A stretch of DNA of 64,000 bases, from IMG/VR virus record IMGVR_UViG_3300044796_000657, positions 186,001 through 250,000 of that record; one strand, given 5' to 3'. Positions 58,139 through 64,000 of the stretch are shown piece after piece. The notes below the pieces were generated by a model. That model saw only the letters and a list, made by a program, of their open reading frames with translations. It had not been told where the DNA came from and searched no databases. Position 1 is the stretch's first letter; the number at the start of each line of letters is the position of its first letter. The translations under genes were made by a program, and so were the position numbers.

Positions 58139-58684
58139 TCATACCTTATTACCACAAATTTTCAATCGCTCTTTATGATGAACAATTGCATCTGGTAAGG
58201 CAATTTTCTCCTGCTCAAAAACTTTACTAGCTAAAGTCTCCGGCGTATCACCCTCTTCTACCGCAACAATACGCTGTGTAATGATTGGCCCTTGATCGTA
58301 CTGATTCGTGACGTAATGAACAGTGCATCCACTAAACTTAACACCACTCTCAATCGCCGCTTTATGTACATTGATTCCAAACATCCCCTTGCCACCGAAA
58401 GCAGGTAAAAGGGACGGATGAATATTAATTACTTTTCCAGCGTAATCAGGCGGAATTTCAAGCATTTTGAGAAAGCCAGCCAAAACAATTAACTCAACTT
58501 TTTTCTCTCTTGCGAACTTAAAAAACTCTTTTGTTTCACGACAAATAACTGTTGGTATTCCAGCCTTTTCAGCAATAGCCAAACCGGGGCATTCTTTCGT
58601 AGAACCTACCCAAACAATCTTAAAATTCTTATCAATGAGATTAGCTAATGATCTACCTGTGCCGCTAATGAGTACTGCTATCAT
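58139..58684 (-). CDS. purN: phosphoribosylglycinamide formyltransferase
   Basis: IAVLISG.G, VLAGF, INIHPSLLP.FGGKG, SGCTVH.V...D.GPI; start at ATG 58684. Confidence 0.92.
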   Translation of the reverse strand: MIAVLISGTGRSLANLIDKNFKIVWVGSTKECPGLAIAEKAGIPTVICRETKEFFKFAREKKVELIVLAGFLKMLEIPPDYAGKVINIHPSLLPAFGGKGMFGINVHKAAIESGVKFSGCTVHYVTNQYDQGPIITQRIVAVEEGDTPETLASKVFEQEKIALPDAIVHHKERLKICGNKV

Positions 58685-58775
58685 AATTTTCCCATACAAA
58701 CCCGACAACGCCAACAGGGGTGACTCCACGCTATTGTTTTCTCTGCTGATCTTTTTTGTCGCCACGCCGTTTCAT

Positions 58776-58919
58776 CGGTCAAAATGTCAATAAAAGGTAT
58801 ATCATCAAGGCGTTTTTCAGCTTTGCGATACTTACAGCATTTTTTAGGATTGGTCAACTTAGAATTAACAAAGTAGATGATTTCTGCGTTACGGGTACGA
58901 AGTATCTTATCAGCATCCG
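58776..58919 (-). ncRNA. Y-RNA-like structured element A
   Basis: CGGATGC-TGATAAG-ATACTTC...ACC-TTTTATTG-ACATTTTGACCG terminal stem enclosing ~100-nt domain (ATCATC/GATGAT, CTTTG/CAAAG). Confidence 0.45.
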
Positions 58920-58922
58920 CTT

Positions 58923-59672
58923 CTACCAGTTGGATTTGCGAAGGCTCACAATCCATTGATTCAGGAATGTCTCGTCGCAAGCTTCCGGTAGTTTCCACGG
59001 CTTTAACTCCTCGATAGCAGCGACTCGTTCGTCGACCATTGCTTCGATAGCAGGGAAATCGTACTCATAACGGCGAATTGCCATTAAGAAAGCACGCTCT
59101 TCATTATCTTTCCAAATAACCGGATCACCACCTTGAGCAATCCTCGATGCATCGCCCAACAACCTAAAGATGTGATAAGCAAAGTTTTCAGAACTCTTTT
59201 TAGCCTCGTAGGATCGTCGCAAATGTGACATTTGACCGTCAGCGAATCCTAAGTAATGCTTAACAACTTGTTGCGTGAGAAATTGAGATTTGATTGAGCG
59301 AAGCTCTTCCCATTCAGATGACCACTCAGCATTCTTCTCGGTAAAAAGCATTTCAATGATGGTCGGATTGCCCTTAACTAGAAGTTTGCTGAACTTCAAA
59401 ACTTCATAAAAAGCATGATCAGGGTATTTGCCTTTATCTCGCTTTTTGTCGTCATGACAGACAGAATCCAATTCCGCCGTGTCGTAATTTAATGCCACAA
59501 CATCACGGGTAGGGACAATGTACACGCCCGCATAATCCCGGTCACTTAACAGGTGATGGGTATTGTGGCAGCGACTCCCGGCGAGTTTGCCGAAAATGAC
59601 ACGACCCGGCATAGGGCGGCTTTTCAAAAACTGCCTGTAGCCGGGTTCTTCGTCAGTGAGTAAGTTTTTCAT
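58923..59672 (-). CDS. Pol-beta-fold nucleotidyltransferase (RlaP/YcgL-like)
   Basis: GS..H.T....SD.DY.GVY, YE..KF..L..KGNP..IE.LF, YLG.A..Q, H..RL. Confidence 0.85.
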   Translation of the reverse strand: MKNLLTDEEPGYRQFLKSRPMPGRVIFGKLAGSRCHNTHHLLSDRDYAGVYIVPTRDVVALNYDTAELDSVCHDDKKRDKGKYPDHAFYEVLKFSKLLVKGNPTIIEMLFTEKNAEWSSEWEELRSIKSQFLTQQVVKHYLGFADGQMSHLRRSYEAKKSSENFAYHIFRLLGDASRIAQGGDPVIWKDNEERAFLMAIRRYEYDFPAIEAMVDERVAAIEELKPWKLPEACDETFLNQWIVSLRKSNW

Positions 59673-59673
59673 C

Positions 59674-59883
59674 TTAGCCCTGCAGTCCAATGACACGACC
59701 TTCATCGTTTCGCACGACAACCTTGCCGGGCGGATTGTGCTTGGCATCATCATCCGCTGCCTGCACGAGCGTACGACAATGAGCAAGGTTGGACAAAGCC
59801 AATGTCCGCTCTGGTGAGTTGGGGAGAGATCCAATCTCTCCCCGAAGGTTAACAAACAAAGCGGCCATTTTCGTGTTTTTCAT
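59674..59883 (-). CDS. small hypothetical protein
   Basis: 69 aa helical hairpin LPNSPERTLALSNL. Confidence 0.55.
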   Translation of the reverse strand: MKNTKMAALFVNLRGEIGSLPNSPERTLALSNLAHCRTLVQAADDDAKHNPPGKVVVRNDEGRVIGLQG

Positions 59884-59896
59884 TGGTCACCTTTGG

Positions 59897-60436
59897 TTAG
59901 AATGCGGCAACAAACTTTTCACGCTCATCACAAGTCTTGATGGCGTTCTTCAAGTCGATAAACTCTTCACACCAACAACCGTATCGTGCTACATTATCCT
60001 GATATGCCGGAATATCCAAGGGTACTTTTTTCCAACGTGGATTTCCATCGTCATCATACTTGATTTCTTCAGTAAATATAATGCGGCCCCATTTGTCCTT
60101 TGCCGGTTTACCCTCTTTCGTCATTTCAGGCACATACTCAACTTGGCAACAATTCAGAAGCAAATCAATGTACGCTTCTTTTTGAAGGGCGGTTTCCAAA
60201 ATGTCGTTGAAGGCAATATCGCACAACGTTAATTCAAAGTCATAGCTATCGGCCATCCAAATCTGGAATCCGGGGCCGAACTTGGAAACCTTACCCCAAT
60301 TGAATCTGCCTTTGTTGAATGGCTTGCCGTCGTCAAAAGCTACGGCAATGGAAGCACTGTGAAGTCTTGGGAGATGATGTTTGCTTTTAACGTCGTTAAC
60401 TAGATCAAAAATTTCTGGCGGAGCGGGTTTTTTCAT
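59897..60436 (-). CDS. phage metallopeptidase-like protein, apparently inactive
   Basis: GK..K, YDF.L.L, A.ID, D.....V.RYG pattern but HExxH replaced by LLLNC. Confidence 0.55.
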   Translation of the reverse strand: MKKPAPPEIFDLVNDVKSKHHLPRLHSASIAVAFDDGKPFNKGRFNWGKVSKFGPGFQIWMADSYDFELTLCDIAFNDILETALQKEAYIDLLLNCCQVEYVPEMTKEGKPAKDKWGRIIFTEEIKYDDDGNPRWKKVPLDIPAYQDNVARYGCWCEEFIDLKNAIKTCDEREKFVAAF

Positions 60437-61040
60437 AATTCAAACCTTCTTTATCAAGATCAACAATCCAACCTGCCACGAACTCGGTCGTCACAATACT
60501 TGGAAATGATGTAGGAGTAATAGTACCAGATGTAATATTACAACCCTTCAACTCTTTTTTCAAATGCAAAGATAGGTTATTCAAAGCACACTTACTGACA
60601 CCATAAGCAATCTGCTTATCATATTGCTTAAAAGCACTAGTACTACTGACATTCAAAACTTGTCGATGCTTAATAAGGTTCTTTTCAGGTCTTCGTTTCC
60701 AAAACTTCAAATACAATTCTCTGGTCAACGCATAAGGCCCAACCACATTAACATTGAGAACTTCCAACATTTCTTCCGGCGTCAATTCCTCAATACTCTT
60801 AAGAGCATAAGTGGCTGCGTTGTTAATTAAATAATCTACCTTGCCGTGAACATCCAAAGCTTCTTCGATAATGTCTTCATAATCTCTAGCTACATCACCA
60901 TGAATGATTATATCACATCCGGCTGGTTTAGGGCCAGAACGTGCCACACCAATAATCGCATAATCCTTATGATGATTTTGACAAAAGCTCTTGCCTAAAG
61001 TTCCCGTCACGCCAGTAATCAGTGCCACTCTCTTAGCCAT
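60405..61040 (-). CDS. short-chain dehydrogenase/reductase
   Basis: ITGVTGTLG, LINNAA, NVSS, YGVSK. Confidence 0.9.
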   Translation of the reverse strand: MAKRVALITGVTGTLGKSFCQNHHKDYAIIGVARSGPKPAGCDIIIHGDVARDYEDIIEEALDVHGKVDYLINNAATYALKSIEELTPEEMLEVLNVNVVGPYALTRELYLKFWKRRPEKNLIKHRQVLNVSSTSAFKQYDKQIAYGVSKCALNNLSLHLKKELKGCNITSGTITPTSFPSIVTTEFVAGWIVDLDKEGLNYEKTRSARNF

Positions 61041-61779
61041 TTTTTGGTTCCTGCCCATATTTTTTAGTTGCCCATTTTTCAGGTGAATGGAACCACATAA
61101 CGAGACTGTTACGCTGCATCATACGATTGTTAATAAAACTGTGATATGAAATCGGACTGACTTCAAATGCTACCAGCCGGTTTGATACAGGCGGAATTCG
61201 CTTAACTGGTTCCGTACCTTCTTTGTGATCTGGATAAAAAGCCGTTTCACCACCAAAATCGTCATACCACTTCTGGTTCTGGAAGTAGTACAATACGGCA
61301 ATGCTTCTCACACAATGAACGGCACCTTTGGTTCGTCCACGGTAATTGATTTGCTGTCTATGTGCATTAGTACCATTATCCAACGGTTCTTTGGCAAAAC
61401 TGGCTATGTCGTAATCATTATGAATATACCCGCTCTCACTGTCTGTTCTATGATGGTGAAGCTCGGCAAGAACGTTTTTAGTTAAGTTGTGCTGGAAAAA
61501 CCCATTGATAAACTTTCGCCAATCAGGACTATAGACAATATCACCGTACACTGAATCTGCCTCTGGACAGATGTTGTAGCAATATGCGTCATAATGATCA
61601 AATTTCCAGAATTTACCCGACTGTGACTTCTGTACAAGACTACGTTCTAGGCGTTCATCCAAACCTTTACACATACTCCGATAAACGTCACGTTTAAAGA
61701 CATTATCGATGATGATATGACGAAAAGGTTTTTTGCGGATACGAATACTAATGTCTTCGCTGAGTTGATCTAATAGCAT
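61033..61779 (-). CDS. 2OG-Fe(II) oxygenase
   Basis: PF.H...D, IHND (HxD), GGET, P..NRLVAFE....YH......R. Confidence 0.85.
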   Translation of the reverse strand: MLLDQLSEDISIRIRKKPFRHIIIDNVFKRDVYRSMCKGLDERLERSLVQKSQSGKFWKFDHYDAYCYNICPEADSVYGDIVYSPDWRKFINGFFQHNLTKNVLAELHHHRTDSESGYIHNDYDIASFAKEPLDNGTNAHRQQINYRGRTKGAVHCVRSIAVLYYFQNQKWYDDFGGETAFYPDHKEGTEPVKRIPPVSNRLVAFEVSPISYHSFINNRMMQRNSLVMWFHSPEKWATKKYGQEPKNG

Positions 61780-61782
61780 GAA

Positions 61783-62862
61783 TTAGGATAGCAACTTTGA
61801 AATCATTTTGTAGACAACATCAAAACTGATTCGCTTTCTACTGTATTCTTTAGTTGAATTTCGGAATGCGGTCAAAAAAATGGAATTATACTGTTCCCGG
61901 TACCACTCTAATTTTGTGTTAAATTTTTCTATAATCTCTAATTGTTGTTCAATAGTAGGTGGATTATCAAATTTAATTTGAGCATAATTCCTAGAAGTGG
62001 ATTTGCCAGCCAAACACGATATGCCATGTTCACGAATATTCATCAATTTGATTCGCCCGCTTTGAGTACCAGTATCTATTGCCCTAAGAAGTATGATATT
62101 CTTTTCAACATCAGGAGAACAATTCATTGTTACCTCTGAATCCAAGGCACCAACATATGCTTTCATAGGTTTATCGCCCACACAGTTTTCCAACGTGTAA
62201 CGACCAATGCCCTTCGGATGATCAATATTAACAAATTCATGAAACGCTTCGCCGAATATCCAACTGTAATTTGCCGATATTTGAAACGAGAAAACCCTAC
62301 CCGATGGCATAAATGTCACTGATACGGTTCTTGTGGGTGTGTATTCAGCTTTTTTGAATGAAAACGCACATACCGTATAATCAGTATCATCAAATACTCG
62401 CTCTTCAAATACCTTACAATCCAAAATGTCGTATTGTTCAAAAAAGATGCTTCTAATTTCGGCGGATGTTTCTGCTGAAAGAAAGTTAACGGGAACGATC
62501 AAAATGCCACCTTCACAACCCATCATGGATCTGATGGAACACTTGTAAAGATCGTCCAAATCATATTTGTCGTATATTGTTTTATCGGGATTTTTATTGC
62601 GTGCCAAATATGGTGGATTGGTTATTATCCACTTCCCTTGATAATCAATGGGATTTAATAAAGAGTCATTTGTTATCCAAGGAAGAGTCGGATCAACATC
62701 ATAACCGGTAACTGTTTGTGCGTTCCATGCCCAAGGCAAAAGATCGCCAGCACCAGCAAAAGGATCGACAACATCCTTCCCCATTAGAAAGTCTTCAAAT
62801 CCCTTCAAAATGTAGTCTTTACGAGTTGTATTAAATTGACCGAGCTGTTTTTTAATTTCCAT
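61783..62862 (-). CDS. DNA amino-methyltransferase with C-terminal extension
   Basis: LGQF.T, VDPFAGAGDL, IITNPPY, DLY, IVP.NF, F..T. Confidence 0.8.
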   Translation of the reverse strand: MEIKKQLGQFNTTRKDYILKGFEDFLMGKDVVDPFAGAGDLLPWAWNAQTVTGYDVDPTLPWITNDSLLNPIDYQGKWIITNPPYLARNKNPDKTIYDKYDLDDLYKCSIRSMMGCEGGILIVPVNFLSAETSAEIRSIFFEQYDILDCKVFEERVFDDTDYTVCAFSFKKAEYTPTRTVSVTFMPSGRVFSFQISANYSWIFGEAFHEFVNIDHPKGIGRYTLENCVGDKPMKAYVGALDSEVTMNCSPDVEKNIILLRAIDTGTQSGRIKLMNIREHGISCLAGKSTSRNYAQIKFDNPPTIEQQLEIIEKFNTKLEWYREQYNSIFLTAFRNSTKEYSRKRISFDVVYKMISKLLS

Positions 62863-62875
62863 ACCATTAAAAAGT

Positions 62876-62901
62876 AACAGGATCGCAAAAGCGATCCTGT
62901 T
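62876..62901 (-). terminator. hairpin terminator
   Basis: AACAGGATCGC-AAAA-GCGATCCTGTT perfect inverted repeat. Confidence 0.65.
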
Positions 62902-62929
62902 CGTGATTATTAATTATTTTATCCTGTCT

Positions 62930-64000
62930 TTATCCACCACCACTAGAAACATTCACCACTCCACCATTATTCCAGAGTTGACCGGGATTCACAGGATCAG
63001 AAGTTGGCAAGCCTGAAAACATAACAATGCCGGATGTTGCTGCCACAGAAGCCGCAACCAAATTACCACTGTTATCAACAGTTAGATTAGACATACCAAC
63101 AATAAATGTTGATACCGCAACCTGTGCCCCACTATTTAGACTGCCATCAGTACCAATATTAAGGGCGCCGGATGCAAAACTTGCACTGCCATCGGCGCCT
63201 ATCGTAGCTGCGCCACCACCTACACCCAAACTTCCAGTTGTCGTAATTCCCCAAGTGTCCGTAATACCGGTTGTGTTGATATTGGTGTTAACGTTAATTG
63301 AATAAGGATTTATTGCACCGCTGCTATCAATCGTACAACTTCCATTAGCAAATGAAGCTGTACCGTCTACATTAAGTTGAATATTACCACTACCGATACT
63401 CGTGCCCGCACCGGGAGCAATAGTAAAGGAACCCTCGTCTAACCAAACACTCCCATCACTGTTCAATTGGTGGTAGCCGGATGCAAAACTAGCACTACCA
63501 TCAGCGACTATCGTAGCGGCGCCAGAGCCAAATGAGGCCGAACCATCGGACCCTTGTAGGTGGATATTAAGGTCACCCGATGCATCAAATAGTTGTATAT
63601 CACCATCTTGAGTATAATCAGATCCACCTGATTTTAAGATCGGAGTATAAATAGAAGCAGCGAAATTAATGTCCCCAGATGCACTAATAGATAGTCCACC
63701 ATTAGCAAAACTAGCGGAACCGTCCGGCACCAGCACTACACCATCATCACCAACATTGATGTTCCCAGAGAACGTATTGTCAACATTCTTCAATGGTACG
63801 TTGGCTGATAAAACGCCATCGGGCAAACCGTGACTGCCTGTTAATTGGGCTGCTGGAACACTTGTAAGTCCCGATGCTGCTCCTTGGAATGTTCCAGCTT
63901 GTACAATACCTGTTACGTTCAAAGCTCCCGTTAATGCATTACTTGAAGCATTCTTCAGCGGAACATTTGAACTCAACCTAGCATCAGCTACTGTACCACT
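62930..64000 (-). CDS. tail-fibre-like repeat protein (5' truncated)
   Basis: Frame open to window end; LSxNVPLKN and DGSASFxxG repeats; C-terminal LPTSDP..GQLWN.GG. Confidence 0.7.
   Translation of the reverse strand, partial: SGTVADARLSSNVPLKNASSNALTGALNVTGIVQAGTFQGAASGLTSVPAAQLTGSHGLPDGVLSANVPLKNVDNTFSGNINVGDDGVVLVPDGSASFANGGLSISASGDINFAASIYTPILKSGGSDYTQDGDIQLFDASGDLNIHLQGSDGSASFGSGAATIVADGSASFASGYHQLNSDGSVWLDEGSFTIAPGAGTSIGSGNIQLNVDGTASFANGSCTIDSSGAINPYSINVNTNINTTGITDTWGITTTGSLGVGGGAATIGADGSASFASGALNIGTDGSLNSGAQVAVSTFIVGMSNLTVDNSGNLVAASVAATSGIVMFSGLPTSDPVNPGQLWNNGGVVNVSSGGG

Noticed and set aside
58685-58780. ZMP/ZTP (pfl) riboswitch upstream of purN
   Set aside because: Hairpin potential exists, but the ACUGRCG and CGCCUGGG consensus elements are not present
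1-64000. CRISPR array, rRNA, IS/transposase, integrase
   Set aside because: No regularly spaced direct repeats or recognisable motifs seen
1-64000. Stop-codon reassignment
   Set aside because: Known genes are full-length in code 11; TGA, TAA and TAG all terminate genes at expected ends

Overview
Gene-dense, moderately AT-rich window in the standard genetic code that reads as part of a large (jumbo-type) dsDNA phage genome, not a cellular chromosome. It has scattered host-like singletons (phoH, dUTPase, dnaJ, glpX, pyrD, purN, pyruvate/indolepyruvate decarboxylase, infC, rpsU, a sigma factor, a PHP-less dnaE), three orphan DNA methyltransferases, many glycan-modifying enzymes, virion-type proteins and many ORFans. 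A GC-rich secreted Cys-rich gene hints at a Planctomycetota host (inference). Main highlights: (1) a Ro60/TROVE + RlaP-type nucleotidyltransferase locus flanked by 3 Y-RNA-like structured elements that share a TAC(T/A)TC stem motif but carry different non-tRNA inner domains, plus a degenerate tRNA-like element; (2) a methyltransferase + PLP enzyme + cytidylyltransferase + LicD cassette that could be a self-contained phosphocholine/aminoethylphosphonate decoration pathway; (3) a probable -1 frameshift (A AAA AAG) inside a ~990-aa multi-Ig protein; (4) a ~140-nt rod-shaped candidate ncRNA between a basic and a hyper-acidic protein; (5) a TAWATA-N4-start motif suggesting leaderless late transcripts. 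All family assignments come from motif recognition by eye; no database searches or folding programs were run.
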